A stretch of 64,000 bases of DNA, from assembly GCA_963692865.2 (NCBI GenBank), contig OY843592.1, positions 3,072,001 to 3,136,000 of the forward strand. Direction: 5' to 3'. Positions 43,975 to 53,755 of this stretch are shown piece by piece; position 1 is the stretch's first letter, and every line of letters begins with the position of its first letter. Below the pieces are notes generated by a model. The model worked only from the letters and a program-made list of their open reading frames with translations. It ran no database searches and was not told the origin of the DNA. The DNA comes from a bacterium. GTDB lineage: Bacteria; UBA8248. A program made the translations under genes and the position numbers.

Positions 43975-44490
43975 TTCGCCCCTGACCGCCGCTCAGCCTC
44001 ACCCCGACTGCCGAGGGACCTATCGAAGGGCGGGAGGAGCGGATACCTTGCGCCGGGGTGAGGGTCAATCGCTCCCGCATTAGTTGCGATTGACCTTCGA
44101 TACGCGGCTTCGCCGCTACTCAGGATGAGGCGGAGAGATAGGCCGCTGCGCAGGGTGAGGGGGCCGTCGGATCGGGATGAGGGGGGAATTTCGCTCCCGT
44201 AGGGGCGGCTCGCGAACGGCCCTTCCCGGAGAAAAAACGGGCGCTTCGTGAAGCGCCCCTACGGTCGTCTTTCAAGAGGGTATTGTATGTCAGACATATA
44301 TGTCTGACATATCATGCGGCCCTGATTTTCGCCTCCACAAGGCGGGCCGCATGATATGCGGCCCCTACAAAAACCGTTCCCCCCCCCGGTCGCGTAAAAC
44401 ACTCGTTCATCAGGACTTTTTCAACGGCCCCCTCAAGGGGGGAGTGATTGCCGCCCTGGTTCGTCATTCCGGCGCGCGCCGGAATCCATT
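43975..44490. repeat. Mosaic REP array
   Basis: CCTTCGATACGCGGCTTCGCCGCTACTCAGGATGAGG near 44094-44130, CGTAGGGGCG..CGCCCCTACG, CATATCATGCGGCCC/GGGCCGCATGATATG, CCCCCTCAAGGGGGGAGTG and a GTCATTCCGGCG hairpin. Confidence 0.85.
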
Positions 44491-44594
44491 TTGACTTTTC
44501 ACCGGGCGGGATCGACCACGACCCCGTCGCCGTCCTTTGCCGTAGGAGCGGGGTCGGCCACGGGCGTCCGCCCCCGCAAAACACCGCATCCCCG

Positions 44595-45941
44595 TCACCC
44601 CTCAATCCCGCCTCCCGCCGCATGGTCGAACACCTTCGCCGGATCGAAGTCCTCCATCCCGACCGGGGGCAGCGAAACGCCCGCGTACGCCCCCGCCGCG
44701 CGGAATTTCTCGAGCAGCTCCCCATCGCTCAGCGGCCTCTCCGGCATGCCGCGCGCGGCGCCGCAAAAGCCGGCGGCCGTGCGGCCGTCCTTCAAGCCGA
44801 GCGTGAGGCGGATGCTTTCGGGGTGTTTCTCGCGCATCTCGTCGGTGGAAAGATCGGGCGCGCGCTCGACGCTCACCCGCGCCATGAGGGCGGACTTCTC
44901 GGGGCAGACGGCGCCGGGCGCGAGGTCCTCATACCGCACCCGGCCGTTAAGCGCGGCGCAGGCCAGGGCGTAGGGCAGGCTGAACTGCATCTCCTGCGGC
45001 GTGGCCGGATTCGGAAACACGAGACTCTCGCAGACGAGCCGCGGCGCTTCGGCGTGAACCGCGGCGACGTCGTCCGCGCCCGCGCCGAGTTCCGCCATGA
45101 GTTCGACCATCAGTTCGATGGCGGCCAGCGCCGCCGAGCAGACCGGGCTGGTCTTGAAGAGCAGGCCCGGGTCGCACAGGCGCCAGCGCCGGCCGATGGT
45201 GTCGAGCGCGGCCTCATCGGCGACGCCGCCGTTGAGCAGCGCCAGAAAGCCCCACTCGTCCTCGAAGGCGGCTTCCGGCCCGGTCAGTCCGGCCTTTGCC
45301 GCCCGGGCGAACGTAACGGCCCGGCGCGCGGCCTCGCCCACGAGGAGGGGCTTGGCGTCCGTGCCGAGCACGACCTTTCCCCCGCCTGCGGCGGCCGCGG
45401 CCAGGCCGATCGCGCTCGTCATCGCGTCCTCATCGAACTCCAGCAGGCGTCCGGCGGCGGCGGTCGCGCCCGTGAGGCCCAACGTGACCGTGCTCCACCA
45501 GCCGCGAAAGTAGTGCCCGTGCGCGCACAGGTCGGCGAGGGCGTACGCGACCTCCGAACCCGCGACGAAGGCGCGGCGAAGCGCGTCGGCGCCGGAGCCG
45601 AGTTCCTGCGCGAGGCCTAAGGCGGCGGGCAGCACCACCGCCGATCCGTGCATGATTCCCGTGTAGGAGGTATCGTCGAAGTCCCAGACGTGCGCCGCCG
45701 TTCCGTTGACGAGCGCCGCCGCCTCCGGGTCCGCCCGCCCGCCGGTCGCGAGCGCCGCTCTCCCCTCCCCGCGCGTTACCGCCGCAGCCAGGGCGCGCAC
45801 GGATGGATGCGCGCCCCCCGCGAGCATGACGCCCAGGGTGTCGAGCATGGCCCTGTCCGCGGCCCGCCGGACCTCGGAGTCGACCCGGTCCAGACCGCAG
45901 GCGAACCTCGCGAATCGCCGGGCTATCGGCGGCGTTTTCAT
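44595..45941 (-). CDS. MmgE/PrpD family protein, co-oriented 18 bp after grdB
   Basis: AALVNGTAAHVWDFDD, MHGSAVV, KTSPVCS, MQFSLPY. Confidence 0.9.
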   Translation of the reverse strand: MKTPPIARRFARFACGLDRVDSEVRRAADRAMLDTLGVMLAGGAHPSVRALAAAVTRGEGRAALATGGRADPEAAALVNGTAAHVWDFDDTSYTGIMHGSAVVLPAALGLAQELGSGADALRRAFVAGSEVAYALADLCAHGHYFRGWWSTVTLGLTGATAAAGRLLEFDEDAMTSAIGLAAAAAGGGKVVLGTDAKPLLVGEAARRAVTFARAAKAGLTGPEAAFEDEWGFLALLNGGVADEAALDTIGRRWRLCDPGLLFKTSPVCSAALAAIELMVELMAELGAGADDVAAVHAEAPRLVCESLVFPNPATPQEMQFSLPYALACAALNGRVRYEDLAPGAVCPEKSALMARVSVERAPDLSTDEMREKHPESIRLTLGLKDGRTAAGFCGAARGMPERPLSDGELLEKFRAAGAYAGVSLPPVGMEDFDPAKVFDHAAGGGIEG

Positions 45942-45959
45942 GCGGCGGCGGCCACCCCG

Positions 45960-47276
45960 TCAGTACTCGAACACCGTCGGGCCGTCCACGCTTTCGGCGA
46001 GCGCGGCGACGGCGGTGCGGGCCGCGCCCAGGCGCCATTCGCGCTCGGCCTCGGGCGTCCGGGAGGGGTCGCCGAAGGGATGGTGGAAGTGTCCGGCGCG
46101 GTTGTTGACGATGCGGTTGACCCCGATGTCGCGCGCCACGTCGGGCAGGCAGGTGACGACCACGGTGGGGATGCCCTCCCGCTCCAGCGCCCTCGCCAGC
46201 GCAGCCCCGCTACGCGTGCCGGTGCCTCACGTGGCGGGGAGGACGACGCCCTCGACGCCCGCCTTCTGGAGTTCCGCGGCCCAGGCGCGGCCGATGCCGT
46301 CCATGGCGGTGAAGGCGCCGCCGTTCCCGCAGGTGCTCAGGAAATCATCGTGCAGTTCGGCGATCTCGCCCTCCTCCGCAAGCCTGCGGAAGGCGTCCAC
46401 GGCGAGCATGCGGTCGGGCGCCTCGTTCACGAACACGGTGTTGAAGCCCCCGTGTATCGAGATGAACGCGCCGCCCGGAAGGGCGTCTTTCCCCGCGAAG
46501 GAATACGCCGCCCAGTTCTCGTTCCTGGAGCCCGAGAAGCGGTCCGGGTTGCCGGGGGGCACCATGCCGCCTTCGGAGACGATGGCGATGCGCGCCTTTT
46601 TGGGGTCGGCGACGGGCGCAGGGGGCGCTATCTCCTCCAAGGAGGGAACGTCGAGTTCGGTCTCGTAAGGCTCGCCCCTGATTTTCTTCAGCACCATGTC
46701 TACGGCGCGGCGCGAGGTGGGTAGCTCGGCGATCTCGTTGTAGCGGATACCGCGCGGGAGATAGCCCTCCTCGACCGCGCTTCGAATCTCCTCGCCACGG
46801 GCGAGCCTGAGACCCAGGCGGACGGCGGCTTCGAGCGCCTCCTCCATCCCGACGGCGGAATCGGCGGCGGGGACGGTGTGGACGCTCGCGCCGGCGGCGG
46901 GGAAACCGGGGTTTTCCGCGTGCATGGCGGTGACGACGGGAACGCCCGCCTCCTGCGCTGCGCGGCAGACGGCGGCGCAGGCCAGCCCGTAGCGCCCGGC
47001 GTTGAAGGCGGGTCCCGCGATGAGGAGATCGGGCGAATGCTCCATAATCCGCGCGAGCGCCTCTTCGGCGCAGGCCTCCTCGTTTTCGGCGAAAAGACCG
47101 TCGCCCGCGAAGACGGTGGCGGCGACTTCGGCGTCCGCACCCAGGATTTTATCCAGCAGCACGCCGGGGCCTATGGGGCCGGGACGACTGGATACGGGGT
47201 GATCGCTCCTCTCCTCGCCCCCCACGCCTGCGAAGAACTGGTTCAAGTAGTGAACGACCCGAAGTCTACCGCTCAT
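45960..47276 (-). CDS. grdB: Glycine/sarcosine/betaine reductase selenoprotein B-like subunit (Sec UGA at 46229-46227)
   Basis: RVVHYLNQFFAG.GGEE, GPAFNAGRYG.AC and HGG motifs. The frame continues through TGA as VLPAT-U-GTGTRSGAALARALEREGIP..GVNRIV..HPFGDP..PTVFEY, joining ORFs 46227..47276 and 45960..46163. Confidence 0.92.
46199..46215 (-). promoter_or_regulatory. Putative bacterial SECIS hairpin of grdB
   Basis: GCGUAGC-GGG-GCUGCGC stem-loop beginning 11 nt after the UGA, with a G-rich apical loop. Confidence 0.7.
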
Positions 47277-47502
47277 TGCCCGGCCTCCTGTGTGGATTCA
47301 TCCAGATCGACATTTCAGGGAATTATATACCAAAGTAACACACAATCTCTCATGAAACGTCAGGTGAGTGTTAGCTTTTCACGCTCTGAACCATTGCTTC
47401 ATCCAGATGCTCCTGTCTGGCCTTGGCGCGGACTTTCTTCCAAAGTTCAGTCTGGCGCGGCTGATAGTCCATGGGCTTGAGGGGAGGGTTGGGGGGGCCG
47501 TT

Positions 47503-48108
47503 TCATCGGTTGCGTCCAGCCCGACGGCGTTCTCGCGCTATTTCTTCAATTAACGGAAACGGGTCTTCGATGAATGGAGTGCTCAGGGGCCAAGTCAAAG
47601 GCACGCTGGTGGCCAGCAGATTCTGTCGCTGATATTCGGTGTATCGCTTGTGTTTGGACCTCGGCAGATCCTCGTTACGGGCGAATCCGAATCGCCACTC
47701 CTGCCCAAACTCAAAAAGATTGACGGCGAGAATGTCGAATTTGCCCGGCAATAAACATGTGGTTTCGATGGCGCTTCCATCGGGCAGCCGAACTGTTCGC
47801 CTGTCGCTTGCATCCACCTGACACCGCCCTACATAGCCACCATTGCTTCGGCGAACGCTTTTCGTCTGCAACGACTTCACCTCTACGGTGATGGTCTCAC
47901 CCTGGTATTCAAAGCTGAAATCCGCCGGGCGCGTGCGGTCATGGTCATCATAACGGGTCAGTTTGTGTATTCGCGCATCAGAAAATACGGAGCGTTGCAA
48001 CTTGTATTCGGCGATAAAGCCGACCAAAGGCCCACGAGCGCTGGGCCTTTCGGATAGGATGATATTCAAGTCCTCTATGGTGAGACCCCAGTCCTCGATT
48101 ATCCCCAT
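47503..48108 (-). CDS. Putative type II restriction endonuclease (PD-(D/E)xK)
   Basis: PADF...EVKS catalytic-type motif; overlaps the upstream methyltransferase gene by 10 bp; lower GC. Confidence 0.65.
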   Translation of the reverse strand: MGIIEDWGLTIEDLNIILSERPSARGPLVGFIAEYKLQRSVFSDARIHKLTRYDDHDRTRPADFSFEYQGETITVEVKSLQTKSVRRSNGGYVGRCQVDASDRRTVRLPDGSAIETTCLLPGKFDILAVNLFEFGQEWRFGFARNEDLPRSKHKRYTEYQRQNLLATSVPLTWPLSTPFIEDPFPLIEEIARERRRAGRNR

Positions 48109-48791
48109 GCTTGCTTTTTCTCGAATACGAGAAAATAGGAATGATTTTTGCGCGCATGTTTTTGTTTTAGAATGCGACTTGCGGCAGGCCGATTTCTGCG
48201 CATAACCACGAAGAGATCCCGAGCGTAAAAACCGTTCGCCGTGTACTCATTGATGATCTCTACGTGAGTCAACCATTGTTTGTTGGCGCTCACTTCATCC
48301 TGGCACTTCACAATCAGTACCCCTTTATTTCGCAATACCCTTGAGGCTTCCCGCCCGGCGGAAAAGTACATATCCAGCACGGCTGCATGATATTTCGGTC
48401 TCGTTGCGGGAGATTTACTCCCATTTGAATATGAGTCTCGAAAAGCGGCATACGAACCCGATCCTGCCAACATGGATTCTTGAGAACGATAGAACCCTTC
48501 CATGTACGGAGGATCGAGCACGACGCAATCAATGGTTTCATCACCATAGGGAAGTTTTCGGCAATCGACGTTCGTGCTTTCAATGTCGGATGCGATGACC
48601 TTGTAATCATCCGGGTCGACATTTTGCCAAAATATCCCCTTCCCATAAGTAACGTCCGCTATGGTGGAACCCCGGGGAACGTGAAGCTGTAATATCGAGG
48701 GGAATACGTCCGCATTTCCGGCAACGTGCGCGCTCAGAATCAAGTCGCTGGTAGCGACGCCGGATGGCGATTTTCGCGTTGCGCGACTCAT
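48099..48791 (-). CDS. Amino (N6-A/N4-C) DNA methyltransferase
   Basis: Motif I-like IADVTYGKG followed by catalytic LDPPY and RVLRNKG. Confidence 0.85.
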   Translation of the reverse strand: MSRATRKSPSGVATSDLILSAHVAGNADVFPSILQLHVPRGSTIADVTYGKGIFWQNVDPDDYKVIASDIESTNVDCRKLPYGDETIDCVVLDPPYMEGFYRSQESMLAGSGSYAAFRDSYSNGSKSPATRPKYHAAVLDMYFSAGREASRVLRNKGVLIVKCQDEVSANKQWLTHVEIINEYTANGFYARDLFVVMRRNRPAASRILKQKHARKNHSYFLVFEKKQAWG

Positions 48792-48844
48792 GCCGCCGAA
48801 TCCTTGCGGCGGAACTTTTGAGCGTTAGGGTCGTGCTCAGGATG

Positions 48845-49000
48845 TTTCATTTATTCTTTTGTTTCCATCGGGCGGAGATTATAAAGGCCGGAAAACTCAT
48901 TCACGTATCTTTGGCGGTGTCTGCTTCTCATCTTATGATATACGCCATAATAGCCTCTTTTCAACATCGACCAAAACGACTCAATCCCGCTCGGGTGTGC
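48845..49000 (-). mobile_element. IS1595-family transposase C-terminal remnant
   Basis: Manual translation SGIESFWSMLKRGYYGVYHKMRSRHRQRYVNEFSGLYNLRPMETKE* matches the IS1595 pattern (N.IE.FW..LKR...G.YH.....L..Y..EF). No N-terminus is present. Confidence 0.8.
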
Positions 49001-49175
49001 TTATTATTCAGCAAGTAGATACTCATGGGCTCCATTGATTTTCGTTTTTTTTACACTATCCGTGGTATCCTTGTCAACTATATTCGGTTTTCCATCTTCT
49101 CGCGCTTGCCTTTGGCATGTTCTTTCGCGTGTCAAACACCTGTTCGGGCGAACGTCTCCCTCGACGACCCCGCCC

Positions 49176-50459
49176 TTAGTACGCCCTGCCCACCATGTTG
49201 TTGATATCCCGCGCCCACTCGTTGGCGTAGTAGTCGCTGTCGGACAGGGTGAAGGCCTCGCGCATGTCGCATCGCCTGCCGTTGTAGAATTCCACGACTT
49301 CCGATCCGATGACCCGCTCCACCGCAGGGGCGGCGATGCGCTCCCCCTGCATCCCCTTCGAGACGACGGCGTCGGCCTCGGGCACGTGGAAGACGAGCGG
49401 GAACTCGCCCGAGCCCGGCTGGCCCACCTCGTAGATGATCGGAACGGCGCGCACGCCCGCCTGCTCGAGCGCCTGGACGGTGAGCCAGTAGTCCACCGTG
49501 GAGTTGCCGCCGCCCTCGAAGGCGAGCACCGCGCCGTCGGCCTTCAAGAGCGTTGCGAGCTTGGCGGCGTATTGCGCCGAGCGCTCCTTGAGGGCCTGGT
49601 TGTCGTGGTGGCCGCGCGTGATGATCATACCGCCGAAATCGAGGTCCACCCCGTGGCGGCGGTAGAGCTCGTATATGAGCGGCTTGTTGCAGTGCAGATA
49701 CGTCGGCGCTTTCTGCTGCGTCTTGTAGTTCGCCCCCACCACCGCGCCGTCGAGCATCTCGTTCGGGTGGATGAGGGTGGGCAGCGAATCCCCCAGGTTC
49801 TTGCCGTACATGAAGGTCTGGACCATGGACGCCTGGTGCATCACCTGATCGACGAACACGACGCGGGGGAGAGCGGGGTCGACATCTGCGAGTTCGAACG
49901 TCTCGACTTGTACGGGCGCCATATCCTTCGTGTGCGCGGCCAGCCGGGAGGCCAGTTTAAGCGTCGCGAGGCGCACGGCGTCGTCGTGCGCTTCGTTCGA
50001 GGCGCCCTCCAGCGGCTCGTAGCAGGCGACGAGGTTCGCGGTCTCCGAATTCGTGCAGTGAACCGCGCCGGGGCCGCACATGTCGATGATTCCCTCGCGA
50101 AAGCTCATGATGCCCGTCATGGGACCCAGGAAATGCGTGGAACTCACGACGCACATCCCGGCGAGCTTGTGCGTGCGGCCGTCGCCCGCCGTCTTCGCCG
50201 GGCCGAGAAATCCGGGATACGCGCAAGAGCGCCCGCTCACCTTGTAGAGCGGCTCGACGGCGTCCAGGACGTTCGTGATGCGGGCAGATTCACCCGGCGC
50301 AGCGGCGTCGAAGCGCACGCTCTTCAAGTCGCCCTCTTCGAGCGCGAGTTCGCGGAGTTCGTCCGCGTCCACGGTGAGCGTCCCGTCTTTGTATGCGAAG
50401 CGCTTCCCGACGATGATCTTCGAGACGGGGAAAAGGCCCATCTCCAGCCGCATGGACAT
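49176..50459 (-). CDS. grdE: Glycine/sarcosine/betaine reductase component B proprotein-like subunit (GrdE/GrdG/GrdI family)
   Basis: MRLEMG, PGESARIT.V.D.VEP, GRTH.L.G, EGIIDM.GPG, HPNEMLDGAVV, KERSA, EGGGN. Confidence 0.88.
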   Translation of the reverse strand: MSMRLEMGLFPVSKIIVGKRFAYKDGTLTVDADELRELALEEGDLKSVRFDAAAPGESARITNVLDAVEPLYKVSGRSCAYPGFLGPAKTAGDGRTHKLAGMCVVSSTHFLGPMTGIMSFREGIIDMCGPGAVHCTNSETANLVACYEPLEGASNEAHDDAVRLATLKLASRLAAHTKDMAPVQVETFELADVDPALPRVVFVDQVMHQASMVQTFMYGKNLGDSLPTLIHPNEMLDGAVVGANYKTQQKAPTYLHCNKPLIYELYRRHGVDLDFGGMIITRGHHDNQALKERSAQYAAKLATLLKADGAVLAFEGGGNSTVDYWLTVQALEQAGVRAVPIIYEVGQPGSGEFPLVFHVPEADAVVSKGMQGERIAAPAVERVIGSEVVEFYNGRRCDMREAFTLSDSDYYANEWARDINNMVGRAY

Positions 50460-50470
50460 ATTCGCCTCCC

Positions 50471-50923
50471 CTACCCCGCCGCGCGCATCGAGGCCAGGTC
50501 GCTCTCTATCTGCGGCAGGTCGAGCACCATTTCCATCATGAGCAGCTTCTCGGCGTACACGTCCCCGGGAACCTGGGCGCGCACCTTCTCTTCCAGAATG
50601 TGAAAAACGGGGAGTCCCAACGAGACTCCCGCCAGGGGCCCGGCCCAGCTCGGGTCTCCGGTGGTCAGCGTTTCGACCGCCAGCCGAAGGCCTTCACCGG
50701 GCATTCCCAACACCACCATCAGGTTCTCCGACCCGATTTCATCGGCGATCGACTTGATGGCGGACTGGTTCTCCAGGTCCATGGCGCCCGCGGAGGTTCA
50801 GACGAAACACTCCGTCTTCTCGAACACGACCTCCGCTCCCGCCGCCTCGATACACTCGGCGATCAGCGGGCCGGGAACGCCGTCGCGCTCGCCGAGCGCG
50901 ATCACCTTCTTGCCCTGGAACAT
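50471..50923 (-). CDS. grdA: Glycine reductase selenoprotein A (Sec UGA at 50800-50798)
   Basis: Manual translation [57 protein letters not shown] gives the canonical CxxU. GGAGG RBS upstream. The ORF track shows only the part after Sec. Confidence 0.95.
50762..50780 (-). promoter_or_regulatory. Putative SECIS hairpin of grdA
   Basis: GGA-C-CUGG-AGAA-CCAG-UCC stem-loop 17 nt downstream of the UGA. Confidence 0.6.
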
Positions 50924-50954
50924 GAGCATCCTCCACCTGCAAAAAACGAACGAA

Positions 50955-52382
50955 TCAAACCTCTATCAGCACCGAAGCTCCGTCGGCCTGCCGGGACATC
51001 CGGCCCAGGAACAGACTCCCTTTGGCGACGACCATTGTACTCGCAAGGCGGCCCGCCCGCATCCGCTCCAGGGCGTGGCCGAGAAAGGGAACGCCCGCGG
51101 GGATGTGGCCCTGCGTGGGCGCGAAACCGGGCATCCCGCGGGTTTCGACGAAGCCCGGAATCTCCTCGCGGGCGATCTCCCCGCCCATGACCGCCAGGGC
51201 GGCCAGCATCCTGTAGTTCGCGGCGGCCACGTCTCCCGCGCCCGCGGGCAGCATGATCTCGGGATTGTGCAGTTCGACGGCGTACTTATCGACGCTACCC
51301 ATCTTGCGTCCGGCGCGCGCCAGCGGATCCCGCACGAGCGCCTCCGCCAGCCCTTGCGGGGTGGAGGGTTTTCCCGCCGCGTGGCGTCCGGCGATCTGGA
51401 GATTCACCCGGGGGCTGGCGTCCGCATCTCCGGTAAGAAAAAACGCCACGCCGCCCAGTACGTCTTCCAGGACGGGTATCTCCTTCTCCAGATGGAAGTA
51501 GGCCTTCATCCCCAGCTTCGCCATCGAACCGCCGCCGACGACGGCGGCGTTCCCGACGACGCCCGCCTCGATGAGCGCCGCTGCGTGTACGAGCGCATAA
51601 ACGGGCGCCGCGCAGAAGGACTTCACGTCCACGCCCGCCGCATTGGCGCAGCCCGCCATCTCGGCGATTGCCTTGGCGAGATTGCCGCCGCCGCGGTTGT
51701 AGCGGTCGCCTACCGCCTCCTCCGAACAATTGATGACGTACTCTACCCGCCAGGGCGCGATGCCCTCCTGAACGAGAAGTCGGCGCAATGCGTATGCGCC
51801 GCTGGCCTTGGCCGCGAGGTTCTCCAGCAAAATGCGGGCGTCGAGGGATTCGTCCGACTCATGATCTCGGCGAACGCAGCCGATCAAGCTCCCATCCTGA
51901 AAAAGCGGCAGGGCCTCTCCCCGCTCGATGCGCCCTGAAATGTCTTCCCGCTTGTATTCCCTGGGTGGTTTTTCCCCATCGAGAAGCGCAGCGGCGGATT
52001 CGGAACCTACCTCACCCGGAACACGGCGCTCCCTATCGAGCATGATCAACCCGAACTGATCGGCCGCCTCAATAAGGGCGTAGAAGGCATCCTGCGGGAG
52101 GATTTCCCCGAAAGCGCCCTCGGGCGATGCGCCAGCGGGGGAATTCTCGTACCAGGGAGTGGGGAGTTCACCCAAATCCTCGGGCGCGATATTGCCGATG
52201 AAGGCTTGATTCGGCGCGTAGTCGACCGCATCTGCGAAAGACCGTAACTCCGTGAATTCCTCGCCCGGCGCCTGCTCCTTCCTTACGGCCTCGCGCCAGG
52301 GTTTCGAGCCGTAACGGACCAGATCGGGAACATGAACGAGAACGTTCGCCGCCGCGCGCAGATACGCAGTCATCACAGCCAC
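50955..52382 (-). CDS. grdC: Glycine reductase component C beta subunit (FabH-like fold)
   Basis: [85 protein letters not shown]. Confidence 0.92.
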   Translation of the reverse strand: MAVMTAYLRAAANVLVHVPDLVRYGSKPWREAVRKEQAPGEEFTELRSFADAVDYAPNQAFIGNIAPEDLGELPTPWYENSPAGASPEGAFGEILPQDAFYALIEAADQFGLIMLDRERRVPGEVGSESAAALLDGEKPPREYKREDISGRIERGEALPLFQDGSLIGCVRRDHESDESLDARILLENLAAKASGAYALRRLLVQEGIAPWRVEYVINCSEEAVGDRYNRGGGNLAKAIAEMAGCANAAGVDVKSFCAAPVYALVHAAALIEAGVVGNAAVVGGGSMAKLGMKAYFHLEKEIPVLEDVLGGVAFFLTGDADASPRVNLQIAGRHAAGKPSTPQGLAEALVRDPLARAGRKMGSVDKYAVELHNPEIMLPAGAGDVAAANYRMLAALAVMGGEIAREEIPGFVETRGMPGFAPTQGHIPAGVPFLGHALERMRAGRLASTMVVAKGSLFLGRMSRQADGASVLIEV

Positions 52383-52466
52383 CCAAAAAGGAGGAAGGAA
52401 AGTCTACGGGGGAATTTGTACCGGAAACGAGAGGGCGCCGCCATGCCTGCCCTCGACTGAACCGCC

Positions 52467-53252
52467 CTACCCCGCGGTATAGCCGCCGTCGGCGTATAGA
52501 ACGTGGCCGGTGTAGAAATCCGACGCGCTGGATGCGAGGAACAGGAGCGGCCCGGCCAGATCTTCGGGCTCGCCCAGCCGCCCCTTGGGGATCCGGCTCA
52601 CGATGCCGTCGCGCGTCCTGACGGCTTCGGGCGCGTCTGTGAACATCCAGTCCGTAAGTGCGGAGCGGAAGACGGTCGGCCCGACCGCGTTGACGGTGAT
52701 GCCCGTCGGCCCCAGCTCGCAGGCGAGCGCCTTCGTGATGCCGTCCACCGCCGCCTTCGACGCGCAATAGGCGGTATAGCCCGCGGGGTGGCCGAGAATC
52801 CCGCGCGTCGAGGAGACCAGGACGATCTTGCCGCCCTCTCCCTGTGCCTTCATCCGCCGCGTCGCGGCGCGCGCCAGAAGCCACGACTGCGTGACGTTCG
52901 CGTCCATGACGTCGGCGAACGCCGCGGGCGCCATCTCATCTATCTTCCCCACCCTGTTGATGCCCGACGCCACCACCAGGATGTCGAGGCGGCCATATTC
53001 CTCGACGGCCTTCTCCACCATACCGTCGGCCGCGGCCTCGGACTCGGGCCGCGCGTTCACCGCGGCGACTTCGGCCCCCAGCTCGCGGCACTCACCGGCA
53101 ACCGTTTCGAGCGCCTCCGCTGTTCCGGCGGTCAGCGTGAGGCGGCAGCCCGCTTCTGCCAGCGTCCGCGCGGCGACCGCGCCGAATGCGCCCGAAGCGC
53201 CTGTAATGAGCGCTGAGCGTCCGCTTACGTCGAATAATTCCGAGGGTTTCAT
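52467..53252 (-). CDS. SDR family oxidoreductase upstream of grdC
   Basis: TGASGAFG, YCASK, IPKGRLGEPEDL, YADGGY. Confidence 0.92.
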   Translation of the reverse strand: MKPSELFDVSGRSALITGASGAFGAVAARTLAEAGCRLTLTAGTAEALETVAGECRELGAEVAAVNARPESEAAADGMVEKAVEEYGRLDILVVASGINRVGKIDEMAPAAFADVMDANVTQSWLLARAATRRMKAQGEGGKIVLVSSTRGILGHPAGYTAYCASKAAVDGITKALACELGPTGITVNAVGPTVFRSALTDWMFTDAPEAVRTRDGIVSRIPKGRLGEPEDLAGPLLFLASSASDFYTGHVLYADGGYTAG

Positions 53253-53389
53253 GTCGTACTTTCCTGATAGGGGACACGACCCGCGTCCCGCAGGCGTGAG
53301 AGATGATTCCGTATGCCCCATGCTAGGTATCATGCGGTCGTCGTGTCAAGAATGTAGGGGTTGTCATCTCCTGCAGTAGTGAAAGAAAT

Positions 53390-53547
53390 CACTCCCCCCT
53401 TGAGGAGGAGTCGCGGAAACCAAGCCCTTGGGCGAAGGTTGACGCGGTGGGGGGTAGAATGCATTTTATCGCCATTGTGAATTTTACCCCCCACCAGTTC
53501 GCTTTCGGGCTTGCGCCCTCACCTCACTGACTCCCCCTCAAGGAGTG
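53390..53547. mobile_element. MITE-like element with CACTCCCCCCTTGAGG..CCTCAAGGAGTG terminal repeats
   Basis: Same family as 55309-55478, 57053-57203 and 59712-59880; non-coding and palindromic. Confidence 0.7.
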
Positions 53548-53755
53548 ATTGGCTGGCGCTCTACAAGGGAGGAATATAGTTACCTCCCTCCTTGGGCGGG
53601 CACCATACGTGGAATTACGAAATCGTGGGCTTTTTCAATAACCCCTCATCGCTCGCGTTTGACGCTCAAGAGATTGATCCCCAAACCGCGCGATCGAACG
53701 GACGCTCAGTCCCGCCCCTGCAAAATCATTTTCGTGTTTACCGGCTAGCCCTCCG

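Noticed and set aside
45960-46229. grdB and grdA as split genes or pseudogenes
   Set aside because: The TGAs fall exactly at the conserved Sec positions, the frames continue, and SECIS-like hairpins follow.
47371-47500. Small minus-strand ORF (MDYQPRQTELWKK...) after the nuclease gene
   Set aside because: Short, with no clear RBS; it may be a decayed IS-associated ORF but cannot be supported.
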